Source: Gonapodya sp. JEL0774 (lineage: Eukaryota). From it: 64,000 bases of DNA. Made by a program: the position numbers and the translations under genes. Below the pieces are notes generated by a model, which saw only the letters and a program-made list of their open reading frames with translations, was not told the DNA's origin and searched no databases. Shown here one piece after another: positions 38,830 through 55,687 of this stretch (within the stretch, counting starts at the first letter, position 1; every line of letters begins with the position of its first letter). The stretch lies in assembly GCA_027604505.1 (NCBI GenBank), contig JADIIX010000025.1, forward strand, positions 124,001 to 188,000, written 5' to 3'.

Positions 38830-40740
38830 TTATTGCTCTCTTGATTCCCGCTGCATGTTGATATGGCCGTGTACGTTATTGAAAACATGATTAATGTCCA
38901 CTGGCGCCGCGTCCGCCGCGAACTCGGTTTTCACAATGATTGCATCCTCGTTCCCTCCGCGCAACTTGCTAAGCTCCCTGCGAGGCTCTTTGACCGCGGG
39001 GTCAACTGCACAATCGACACCACCGACAGACTCGGTCTGCACGTCCGCCGAGGGGCCTGTGATCTGGGACTCGGCCGAGGTGTCCGACGCAGGAGCAGCT
39101 GCACTCTGGAACTCGGCTGGCTGATCCGTTCCTGGAACTTGAGCATTGAGTAGAGGAGGGACACACCCCTTGCCGTCGCAGGTGCACTCGCCACCGAGGA
39201 AGGTTGGGCTTTTGGTTGTGAAAAATGTTTTCAGGTGAAGATGACTAGTCAAAGTGGATCTAGTTTGTATGGCTCACATATCTGAAGTGCTCATTACTCG
39301 TGTTGCTATTGGGCAAGCGAATATAGCCCTCGAAGATTCCGCTCGTGTCGCGTTTCCGGGACAGATTCTAAAAGTGCAGGAAGTGACACTTCAACCCTTC
39401 TATCGGACCACCATAGTCGCCGTGGATTCTCACTTGGTTTCTGATCCTTCCCACCCTGTCAGGGACAAGTCCAACAGTGGTATGAGTGCGTCGGAAAATA
39501 CCGGTGAGTTGACCACCACGACCATCCCGATGAGTTGTGGGTAGTAGATTTTTGCCCTTTGGTTTGCGGAAGCGAGAGCTTGGGTATACGCCGCGTCAAA
39601 ACGATTAGGGGATGAGTGCGAGTTATCCACAAGGATGGTGAGCTTGGTGATTCTTCCGGTGACGCGGGAGAGGTGGTCGCTGTTGGTATGAGATGAATGT
39701 TCGTCATAAAACAGAGCGCATCAGATACTCAGATAATCGGTGGTTGACAAACCATTGCACGAACACCGATTCGTAACCCATGAGGAACCATTCCTCTATT
39801 TCTTCTCTGGTAGCCACTTTCATCAGACTTATCATGTCCATCAACCCTTGTCGCACGATCCAAACGGGAGATCCATCGAGAAGCGTTTTGTGTGGGGAGA
39901 ACGGGACCCTACGGGAAATTCGTCCACTATCGTCACGAGCTTGCCCCTCTTTTCGCGCAGCTAATAGCTTATCCCAGTTTGATACCCGCCATGCAATTGT
40001 TTCTCGAAGGGCGAGCTCTGTGTTGGCATTATGAAGCTGTTAGTAGGGTTGCACCACCGAACGGCGGAAGACATTCACCAACCAGCTTTTGTAGCGTTTC
40101 CATTGTAGCTTATTAAAAAGCGCAACAGAAAGAGCGAATCGAATTTCATTCCGCCTTCCAGCAGTGCCTCTGATGGCAGCTCTGAGAAAAGCGTAACCAA
40201 ACGTTCGTAAAGTGTCCCCAAGTTTCTCGCGTGTTCCCCCAAGGCATCGGCAACCAGAATCGATTCACAGGAGGCTTGTTGATGTGATACTGCGACGGGT
40301 TGCGTATCGCTCCGCAGCGCGTCGGACAAAGGCATCGGCGACAAGGCCCTGCTCCCTCTCCTACTCGTTGTCACGCTTCCGCGACTGCTCAAGGATGGAG
40401 AACGATCACTTTCAAAGCTGAGACTTCCTTCCGATGAGTGATCAGGAGCTCCCGTCCGCCCACGGACTGTGTGAGCTGTTTGCGGGTGAGAAGTGAGATT
40501 GGGCACTGATGTCCTGGGCATCCGCTTTTTACCGGCGCGTATGGTGCCAGATTTGGAGCGGAGTTTGTCATTTTCATGATGAACGGACGATTGACTTCCT
40601 TCTTTCGTATTGGACATGCTGATGACCATGAAGGTGCTGATGACTTCATCATCGAGTGGTCGGAGGCCACAGCGGCGCAGCTGGGCCCACTTGGCGAACA
40701 ATTTCATAACGAGTAACTGAGGTGCATGCTCAAGGTACAT
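38830..40740 (-). CDS. Second Sec14/CRAL-TRIO-like protein with disordered termini
   Basis: DSLFLLRFLISY...LRETIAWR (CRAL-TRIO N), DGSPVWIVRQG, YYPQLIGMVVVVNSP (YP...VNAP-like); some exons and the start (40740 or 40617) uncertain. Confidence 0.65.
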
Positions 40741-40836
40741 ATAGTGGTAAAACTTCTCATCAATGAAATTGTCTAATGTAGATGTCTGCTCGGCATTCTG
40801 CTCTCCTGCTTTGCAAATGAAGAATCACTCCACATA

Positions 40837-43618
40837 TCATTTTTGCAGCTCAGGTATGTTCTTGTACTAAAATTTGAGACACACTGACATAGTGAAGGTT
40901 CAAAACCATATGAATACGGTGGGAAAAGTCGCTCACCAGTTCTAGACTTTCGGGATTTGCCAATGTTCCACTAGGCACAACTTTTGCCCCGTTGATGATC
41001 TTTTTCACCGCCACTTCCACCTTCTTTCCATTGATGGTGTGTGGAATATCGGCAATGGGAAGAATAATCGCTGGAACGTGTCTCGGCGACAGCTCGTCTC
41101 GAATTGACTTCGCTATCCGTTTGCGGACATCCTCAGTGAGTTGATGTCCAGGTGCCATTTGACAAAAGAGAACAACGCGCTCATCCACACCGATCTTTTG
41201 ACCAACGCATAATGTATCGGTGATTTCGGATTGGAAACGCGTCACTGGGGGTGAAAAGTTGTCAGGTGCTGGAGGCGGTATTCATTCGCATTCAGGCGGA
41301 GCTCACTGATGTGGTAGATTTCCGCACTTCCGAATCGCACACCACCCGGGTTCCTAGTTGGAGGAAGCAAGAGTGGACATTTAGCCCAGTGAACCCGCAC
41401 ATCGAATGGCACACGTTGCATTGCGTTCTCACTGAGATCACTCACAGCGTTCCGTCACTCCTCCCCAGCAAAACAACGCCCCCGGTCTTGCTATTGATTC
41501 GCAAGTAGTCTCCGTGGTACCAGACACCCGTGTATTGTTCAAAGTATGCGGCCATGTACTTTGTTCGGTCCGCGGTGTCGTTCCAGAACGCCACGGGCAT
41601 GGAAGGGAACGGTTTAACGCACACCATATCACCATCTTCATCAATAACGGGTTTGCCTGACAAGGAGGGGCGCCAGAAGCATTTCAGGGTCACGTAAAAC
41701 ACGCGGATGCAGACTCTAAATATCATCACTCACCGTTGACGTCCCACGCTTCGATCGCCATCCCGAGCAACCTACACTGAATTTCCCCTTTGTGCACCGG
41801 CAAAGTGTCATTCTGTCCCACAAAGCAGGACACGATATCCGTCCCTCCAGATATTGATCCCAACAGAACATTCGGTTTCACGTCCCGGTAAACGTAGTCG
41901 TAGCTCTCGGGTTGAAGTGGAGATCCCGTAGACAATATGGTGTGCAAGCTTGTGAGCTTGTGGGATTCGCGGGGTCGGACACTGGTTTCTTGGAGGGACT
42001 GCAGGAACTTGGCGCTTGTTCCAAACACGGTGATCGAGTGCTCGTCAATCAGATCAATCAGGCGAGTTGCGGTTGGCTTGAAAGGAGAGCCGTCATAAAG
42101 AAAAATGGTGAGCCCGGTTGCGAGTCCTGATACAAGCCTTGTTGGTTCAATCGTTGAGCATCAAGTCTGTCGTGCGAGGTGTTTGTCAACTCTTACCAAT
42201 TCCACATCATCCAGCCAGTGGTAGTATAGTAGAATAACACGTCCTTACGATCCAAGGAGGAGTGAATGGTTTGCTCCGTCTTGTGTTTGAGGAGAGTACC
42301 CTTGATTGGGTGGTGATTCGAGACGTACAGCCAAGTGATTCAAACCGACGCTTCTGAGGTTGGAACATACCAGCGCCGAATGTACCATACATTTGGGCAA
42401 TCCAGTGGTTCCACTTGAGTACATGATGTAAACAGGTTGATCTGGGGGCAACTGTTCAAATCGCAATGGAGCATCATCCGAGGAGCCCAAGAAGTTCTCC
42501 AGCCAAATTCCGCCTTTGACTCCTGACAAATCATTCGACTTCGACACGCTCTGAACAAATGGGATGACCACAACACGCGAGACTTCTGTCAGTCCATCTG
42601 CGACGTGCTTTACTTTTTCGATGTGGTCGTACACTTTCGAGTTGTAGACGATGGCGTTCACGGTGAGGAGAATTTTGGGTTTCACCTGAGAAAAGCGCTC
42701 AAGAACGCCCTAGAGGAGAGATTTTTGGCGGGCCCAGTCAAATTGGGGGGATCGATTGCCTTACTCACAACAACACCAAAATCTGGTGACGTTGAGGACC
42801 AAATCGCACCAAGGCTTGTCGTGGCAAGCATGCCCACAACCTGAAATAGACATTCAAAGTAATTATGGAGTTACCTGATGGCATTGATCGACCGCGTCAA
42901 CCACCAAACCTACCGCTTCGATACAATTGGGAATGTAAGCACAGACACGGTCGCCGACACCAACTCCGGAAGCCCGCAATGCTCCAGCAAAAACCCTGAC
43001 ACGTTCCCGAAGTTCTGAATAGGTGAGCTTTTCCGTTCGGCCATACTCGCCTGTTGGAAGAAATTGCTTAATGCGAGACGAGCTGTTCAAGCAACCCATC
43101 TCAAGTACTTACCAGTGGCAATTATGGCAACGTGGTTGTCATCAAAAGGAAGGAGGTTTTCCGCAAAATTCAGGCGAGCACCCTGTGAGATAAAATATTA
43201 TGCAGGACAATCAGTTGTGTTTCAATTGTCCCGCCCATGCTCAGACAACTCGTACGTGGCTCACCATGAACCATTTTGGTATTTTTTGCATGGGAACATC
43301 CTCGAGCACCTTGATGACAGTGGGATCTCTTTGGCTTTGCAATCGTAACCAACAGAACCACTGATAACTAACTTTATCGTAGCTCCGAGAGCACTTGATC
43401 TTCGACCAGATCCACACGCTCTCCCAGAAATCCGCAATCTTCGATACGCTCCAGGAGTAGAGGTCGTGGTAGTCTTGGAGATCCAGTTTGTAACGATCGT
43501 TCACAAACTGGCGGAAACGGTCCATATTCCGCTCGCGGTCGTCCACGGGAGGGCTCCACAGCCGCTCTGACTGCAGTGCACCATTCGTAGATGCATGCGT
43601 CCCATTGGTCGCCACCAT
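40837..43618 (-). CDS. AACS: Acetoacetyl-CoA synthetase (multi-exon)
   Basis: [89 protein letters not shown]. Confidence 0.96.
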
Positions 43619-44025
43619 CGTCGCTCTAGGACGCTTGTTGGGGGTAAAATGAGGGTATACGGAACGAGGGATGCTTTTGTTGGTCCGCGGTACCCAGTTT
43701 GCTCCCGACCAACCCAAAAAATGAATTGAGCTAACGCTTTACTCCACGAGCATTCACAGGGATGATACTAACTTGCAACCGCAATAAGCTAAGAAAATAA
43801 GAGTGGGCATGGTTCAGTGTGAGAAGGCGAGCATCATCGTCGCGTGTATTGCTGGACAGTATCATATTGCTGGACGGTACACATACCGAATAAAGTTTTC
43901 ACGCAGAAGTATATCGTAATGGGCACGACTCGCAGGAATGCAGCGCGAACTTTGTACACCACGTGTCCTCAGCTGGCGGGTCGTCGTTGCATTCCTGACA
44001 GATTTCCTCCTGCAGCAACAGGGGA

Positions 44026-45490
44026 ATGAGCACGGAACTATTCCATTCGCGAAAAGTTTTCCGTTTCCCGGGGCCTCCCACACCCGCATACACCCCCGGA
44101 TCGACGTCGTCTGAGTTGGGACCGCCCGCCAATCCGGGACAATACTATGGAACACCGTCTCCTTCCTCAAACAGTTCAGATGAGAATTACCAATGGGGTC
44201 TCAATGGCTTGCAATGCCCAAATACTGGTGCAACGTTTCAAAGCGGTCAGCAGAGATTGAAACATTCTCCAGTCGCGCCGAAGCAGCCATGCGACGGAGA
44301 AGGAAAAGTGAGCTTCCGTTCTGTGTTTTGTTTGGTTTCGTTCGTCACTCAACGGACCAGGAATGATTCATGGTTGTTTTTTTCTCCAGCATGTTCCTTT
44401 TGACCCAGAAGTCGTCTACATGACTGACGCGGTGGGCATCACAGTAAAGGCAATTTCAAGCAATCGTCATTTATTGCTATTGATTCTTCGTGTCCGGCAC
44501 ATGCTCAGAATGGAGTTTTTCAGATGGTTGAAGATGAACAGTGGAATCGATGTGGGTGGTGGTTTGTCTTGACAATGACAGTCCCGTTACCATGAACGTA
44601 TGTGCCCCACTTTCGAAGTCATACTCGAGAATTCGGGCTCAGGGGACATTCAAAGGTGCACTTGTTATGCCTGCAACTTTTATGCGAGGACCGATTCGCC
44701 TAAAATTGAATCAAATGCAGAGTCATATTTCCGAACATAATCAATCGTTCTCTCTTTGAAGTGGTATCAGACCCAAAAGTACAGCAGTTCTTCCGTCATA
44801 TCATGGTAATGGTCCTGTCGGGTCAGTACTACTGTTCTTTCGAGTTGCTAAATTCATGATTAGTCTTCACCATTCCTATGTTCCACCCAGGTGCCCAAAA
44901 GCGATACACATATCAATGGTTTTGTGACTCTCCTGACTACGAGCGCCGCATGAGCATGACTGTTTCCCGAATCAGCCAAGGGGATGGACAACGGTTTGTG
45001 CTGTGGTTCGTGTTTCGGCTTTATCAAGCGAGCTGTTCTTCACTGAGGCAACAGCAGTGGTCGTGTCTCAGCAATCTTCTAACCCGAGCTTTTTATTCTC
45101 GAAGGTCCTCGAGAATCCTTTGGGAAAAGCCACATCCGTGCAGAGCCCTTTATCTTGGGCGACCTGATCAGTCAGTCGCATCGGCAGAGGATTTGGCCAC
45201 GAAACCATCAAGATCCGTTTGCAGCTACTGCAAGCGAGTGCTCGTCAGCCGATATGAGATAGGGCAAGTGAGTAGCAGGGTGCTGCTGTTGCGACTTATG
45301 GAGGGCAGCTCTGCATCGGTTCTATGTGTCCCATGTGATTTACGAGTCCGTTCAGTTTGCCGATCTTGTCCTGTCCAATCTTGCCGATTCCGGATATCCA
45401 CTTCTCGATGAAGACACAAATTCTATCCCCATAATTGGTTTACGTGGGAAGCTCGGGCAGCAGTTTGGGGGTGACGTTGCGTATGTTTGG
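44026..45490 (+). CDS. Multi-exon hypothetical protein, divergent from AACS; 3' end unresolved
   Basis: Pro/Ser-rich first exon ending at a GTGAGC donor, then several short exons with GT-AG boundaries (e.g. ...CSYCKRVLVSRYEIGQ|FADLVLSNLADSGY); no family recognised. Confidence 0.4.
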
Positions 45491-46216
45491 TGAGTGAGTC
45501 GTTGTTGCAAACTTGAGTTCCCGCTTCTCGGTACTCCGCTCGCCAAAGCAACTCTCATCGATGGTGCTGACACATTGAAGGCTTACCCCAACGCAGTACG
45601 CCGATGCCTTTCTTTCCGACGACATCATCATTTCACATGGACTGTGTAACCTGTGCTGTGAGTTGTGATCACTTACCCCCCGCCTGCGCTGCTTAGAGGC
45701 ATTCAGATTTGCGCACATCATTTTTGGCGGGCTGCAGACTGCGAGATCGTTCTGCACTTTTATCCAGAGCACCTCCGAGCTGCACTTATGTCAGTCACCC
45801 AAGATTGTTGATGAAACGATCGCGGGCGAATAGGAAAATGGATATTCCGGGATTAAGCTTTCTGTGCCTACACCTCGCATTTGTTTCTTCCTTTTTGTGT
45901 GTAAGTGTGTTTTGTGAGCATTTTGTCATGTACCCTCAGTTGTGTTCCGTCAGTTGCATGTAAATTAATAATTAATCGCAGATATCATTGAGATTCTTGG
46001 CACGGGCGGTTGAGCTCAAGGAACCGCTGTGTTGTTCACATGGGGAGGCCAGGGAGTGTCTTGTCCATCATCCATTTCTCGATTTCGTGAGCATACTTAG
46101 TACCCTAATTCACGGTGAACAGTTGAGAAAATTGCATCTTCGTTGCCACTCAAAATTAATCGTATTGTTGCAAGGATTTTTCACAACGATGGAGTAACAA
46201 CTTCTATTTGGATATC

Positions 46217-47670
46217 TCAGTATTTTCCATACTCGGCACCGCCTAAGTCACCGTCGATGGTATCGACGAGTTGCCAGCCAAAGAGAGTTTTTGAGTATAG
46301 CTCAATTGTTCCTTTTGCAAAGCCAGTGTTCCACAAGTTCTTGTGTTTGATCAGTCCGTCGCCGGGAGACTCGTAGCGGATCTTGAGACTGGTACTCTTG
46401 GGCGCAGAGAAGTTGATGACCACCTTGGAGGTGAGGCCGGATGCAACGAGGTTCCAGTACAGCATTGTACTGGTCTCAGTGATGTTCGGTGTGACGATCG
46501 AGTTTAGCTTGGAGAAGTTGTACTCGTAGAGGGTGCCCTCGTACCAAAAGGCAACCAGGATCTGTAAGCCAAGGGGAATTCCGGCAACAATGGGTGTGCC
46601 ACCACCGCAATCAAGCGAAGATTGCTCGAGTTGCTTGCCGGTCTTGCGGGAGACAAGCCTGTTGGACTATGAAAGAGCAGTCGAATGACGTTAGCAAAGA
46701 AACACAGAAGTTAAAACGAGGAGTGAGTACAAGAGGGTTCAAGTTTGTGTGCACTTGTACTCACAGAGAGCCATATCCATGGGTTCGTGTAATCAATACC
46801 CCAGTTCTTGTCTTGGTAGCCGTACGAAGTGTCGGGGAACACATCGTAAATTTGACCATTATACGTGATGGTTCCCGTGTACCGCGTGCGCATGCCTTTC
46901 ACGAACCAGAACATCTGCAAAAGTGAGAAATTTCGAGCTCAGAGGTTGTTTGCTTTTGGTACTGTTGTTCTTGTGCTCGCTTCACTCACCTGAAAGAGGG
47001 CGAGATCTCGCGGAAGTTCAGAAACCGCGAGTCCAGGGTCGTACTGAAGAAACTTCTCTGCCTTTAGAGACCAGCTGATGGAACCGGAATCTGAGAAGTA
47101 CTCCGGGTGCGCCGTTGCTGTTTCGGGTGACATCGACACTGAGCCCTGGAGAAATGTGTCATTGGCGGTGTTGTTCGCTCCAATCCGCACGTCCAGTTTG
47201 TTTACGTTGGCCGAGAATTGAGAGATCGGGTAAAAGTTGTTGATTTTGCGTGCATCTGTTCCCCAAGTTCCAGCCGTGACCAGGGCGTACGACGGCTTGT
47301 TTGTGCCATTATTTCCGTAAACGGGAACGGATTGAGCAAGGGCAGGGTTGACAATGTAGTACTTGATATGATGAAATAGAAGGTGGTTAATATGTCACTT
47401 GTCAGAAACAGCTTGCAACAACTCCATTCCCACCTCGAAGAAGAATGGTTTCAAACTGCCATCCTGACGAGAGACAGCCACGAGATTATGCCACCACCAG
47501 TCGTATCCACCATTCATCAAGACAGGGCTATCTGGTAGACGGTATCCATTGACGACCTCATTGGATAGGAGACCAGCCAGGCTCCCCTGCACGATCAGTG
47601 CCGGTGTGAGAATCAAGGTTGCCAGTAAGGCTCCCTGGCGAGGAAACCAGCGGCTGTGACTCAAAATCAT
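46217..47670 (-). CDS. Secreted tocopherol-cyclase-family-like protein (bacterial type), 4 exons
   Basis: Hydrophobic N-terminus, then GYDWWWH...FFFE|YYIVNPAL...KPSY...AGTWG...HPE...|MFW..GM.T.Y.G...YGYQDKNWG.DYT.PW.WLS|SN...GGGTP...AFWYEG..YE.NFSK...HKNLWN.G...EYGKY*. Confidence 0.8.
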
Positions 47671-48366
47671 TGTTTGGAGAGTAATCAGCTTGTTGGAGGA
47701 GTTCACATTTTTCTCATTGTCCTATTTGAGTTATATAGGGCCTTTCGAAGTATGTTCTCGCGGCGGTGAGAAAAATGAACCTCAGCCGACCCAACCCTAA
47801 AGCTCCCTAAAGTCAATGGCCATCAAGCCGATAAGTGGGCTACTCACAACTAGTACTCGATCGATACATTCCGGACGATTAGCTATTAAAGCAGATTATT
47901 TGTGTGACAGAGATGGGTGACTAGGTTCTGGTTGGGCACACAAAGACAGACTGAGACGTAACCTCAGATCTTTAGATATACAGGAAAAGATTTCCGCAAC
48001 TGAAATTGGATTTTCTGCCGGATGAAACTGCAGCCTTGGCGGTTGTCCCCGACGCTGACACCCGCTCATCCCTGTCGGTCGGTGGAGGCCACTTTCCTGG
48101 GAGCCCGCGGGGAGACACTAAACTCCCAATGTCAATTGCCTTTTTCGGATGTCTCCCAGTTTGCTGAATGAATCAATTTTTCTCAGGCGAAGGAGTGCCT
48201 GGATAAGTCTGAGTGTCAGAGACATCTGGCAGTATGACCCGAACGCGTGAAGTGCGTATTTGGTTGAGCTGTGAATGAGCGCTGAGACATGGTACGTGCT
48301 AAACTATGTCTAGATAAACGAGCTAGATAAACGGGCGAGATCTTATGTAAACGTGCAAGATATTAG

Positions 48367-49282
48367 TTAGATAATTTTTGATTTTACATCTGTCGCATCC
48401 CTCAGCAAGCTCTTTGTGACCGTTTCACTCCAAGGCACCAGTACTGTCCACGACAGAATAAGCATGCTGATAAGAATCACTATGGTAGGTATGGTCGAAA
48501 ATGGTAACCCTCCGAACCACAATGCATCAAGAGCTGAGAAAACCGCGTCAGAGCAACAGATTAGCTCCAGCAAATTACGGTCAACTAACATACCGACTGC
48601 ATAGTTTATCTCCTCGGGATAAAAATCAACAGCAACTGTCGGTACACGAACACCGGTGACCGTGGCATTGATTGCAGCGAGGACTAGTTTACGAGACGGA
48701 TCTAATGTTGACACGTCGATCCCAAGAGAGTCCATCTCCACCGGCTCTGCAATCCGGTAAAAGCATACATCAAAAGCGACAGGAGACTTTCGAGAGCCAA
48801 GTCAATACGAAAGCGGTGATGGGAGAGAGTTGTGATGAACTCACATATGCGGGGTAACTGATTCGAAACTCAAACTGATGATCCGCTTTCAAATTGCCTA
48901 ATACATAGCACCGATATGCAGAATCCGGCGTTGCGTGAATTCGAGGTGATATCTCTTCAAAGAGGAGCCGTTGATAGGGAGGGTGGAGGAATGGCGCGGG
49001 TCCGCAACTTTCATCATAGCGAAGTGAACTGTTTTTCCTGTTACGACGAGATCTCCTCGCGACCTACATATCCTCTTTGCGTGAATCGAGACCACGCATT
49101 CTTAATCGGTGACCCAGGTCACCGCAATGCGACCATCCAGAATCTGATTCAGACACATCTTGAGCGCCGTCCAGCGTTTTGAGGTCTTTCGGAGTAAATG
49201 TAAACTTGAGAACATCACAATTGCTGATGTCGAATCTCGACGCGAGGATGAAAAGAAGAACGATCCATTGACAGAGTTGCAT
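48367..49282 (-). CDS. Signal-peptide + C-terminal TM protein, possibly Pga1-like GPI mannosyltransferase II cofactor
   Basis: N-terminal hydrophobic stretch; spliced segment YVLGNLKADHQFEFRISYPAY and LDALWFGGLPFSTIPT before a TM helix resemble recalled fungal Pga1-like motifs; exon structure partly unresolved. Confidence 0.45.
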
Positions 49283-49471
49283 GTGAGGTTCCCTCATTTG
49301 GTTGCACCAGCCGGAAATATTTCCCAAAGCTCCATTCAAGGGTGATATGTATTACTCCGATATCAAGCAATAGCGCTGAATGCTAGAAAGGGCGAACGAA
49401 CGATAACTGTTCTATGTTTTGCACCGCTCATTCGTGTAATTGTCCAACCAATATGAAGGTGAGAAACCCAG

Positions 49472-50988
<1,517 letters not shown>

Positions 50989-51121
50989 TGCGGGTGAAGA
51001 GATTATTTCATTCATTCTGATGTGTAGCTCCCCTCGCTGTGGTCAACCGTCTTTGGTGCCCGGGTCAGTTTGAAGTGTTTTCCCATTCCTCTCTTACCCC
51101 CAACGGCCACTGGTGTAATCA

Positions 51122-54203
<3,082 letters not shown>

Positions 54204-54394
54204 AGCGCGCAACACTCATTTTTTATCTTTTAGAAGTGCTAGAAAAGTCCAAGTCCCATATTTGGTGTGGTGGTTCGCCGTCCAGTCGCATTCTCAGTGC
54301 ATAGTTACCCTAAACAGCAGATTACAGTAATTCGCCCATTTGGCTTGTTCTTTCCCTCCCGACATATATCAGAAGATCCACATACGCAAGCTTG

Positions 54395-55577
54395 ATGAGC
54401 GAGAGTCCGCGAAGAAATCGACCCGGGAAACGCGCAGAGGTGCGAGGATTTTGTTGAAACAATCGACCGTAATTCAGCACAAAGCAATTGAATGAATTGA
54501 TCCCGGTTACAAAGGATTGGAATGCTTGGACAGTCCCCCCACTCGACCAGATGGACACAACGCTCGCGCTCCAACAGCTGATTCAGTCGCGGGTGCGGGC
54601 GGACCCCACTGATGTTGAAGCCATCCTCACACCACCTGAGACTATCGAAGAGGCCACCTGGCAGTACGAGCAATTGAGGCAGATATGCATGGAGCTCAAT
54701 AGTCTGGTGACTTTGCTAGAGCAAGAATGCACGTACGAAACTTGCCCTGAAATGAAAGCGGACGAATGGCAATATTTGTGCGCCGCACATCCAAGCCCAC
54801 AATCTGTAAGTTAACACTCAGAAGTTGTATATTGAGGCACTTGGATTCGCTGTTGTTGTAGTATGTTGGAAGCACCCTCAAGAACATGTTGTACCCACTG
54901 AACTCAACAATACCAAAGGGCACGTGAGCGGAGTGCAGCAATCAGAAGTCTGGAGACGTGGTAGTTTGCCGGGTGGGGAGAAAATGATGTGTTGTGATTG
55001 AAGAACAGACAGCATGTACTCTTGTGGAGTTTGGACTTGCCTAATCTTTCCACAAAACCGACAGTGTTGTGCCATCGACTACATCGTCCACACTCTTGAC
55101 GGAGCGACGGCTCTCCTGAACTCGCACAGGCACTTTCCCAGCAGGTGAGTGGCTTCATCACAGCTCCTTCTTACTTTCAGGAGGTGGAGTTGCCCGGCCT
55201 CACGAAATTGTCCCTCTGTTTCCTTCGCAATCTACATTGTGGAAATATTCCCCTTCACGTACGGCTTTCATTGCATTGGTTAGAGTGTCAATCCCCGAGC
55301 CATCTATCAAGCAGTTCCAAAACATTGCTCGCCGTCTCTATCGAGTATTCGCACATGCGTGGTTCTCGCACCGAGAAATATTCCTAGAATGCGAGGTACG
55401 TTATAAACATTCTCGATTTCATGAATACCAAGTGTTCTTCCCTGCTCTTTGTGAATTGTTCCTTAGTCTGAGCACCATCTGTACGCCCGTTTCCTCCGCT
55501 TCTCTACCTCTCAGTATAAGCTTGTGCCTGAGCAATTGTCCATCATACCTGCGGATGCGCTGGAGAATCCGCGATGA
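54395..55577 (+). CDS. MOB4: Phocein/MOB4 (STRIPAK subunit), 5 exons
   Basis: RRNRPG, MDTTLALQQLI, WQYEQLRQ, CPEMKADEWQYLCAAH, AIDYIVHTLDGA..LLNS...FPSRVSI, RRLYRVFAHAWFSH. Confidence 0.93.
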
Positions 55578-55687
55578 ACGGACGAAGCTCCGAGGTGACC
55601 AGTCAGCATAATACTGTGCATGAGCCTGTTTGTGAAATGAATTCAATTGTATTTTGTCATCTATTGTTCGAGAATCGAGTTACATTC

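Noticed and set aside
16547..47670. Tocopherol pathway cluster (methyltransferase + alpha-TTP-like CRAL-TRIO + tocopherol-cyclase-like)
   Set aside because: Genes are spread over 30 kb among housekeeping genes, no HPPD or homogentisate prenyltransferase is present, and the cyclase-like protein looks secreted.
47700..48360. Structured ncRNA, riboswitch or MITE in the long spacer (GGGAGACA...TGTCTCCC stem; CTAGATAAACG x2)
   Set aside because: No TPP, tRNA or snRNA consensus, no terminal inverted repeats or target-site duplication; stems are short.
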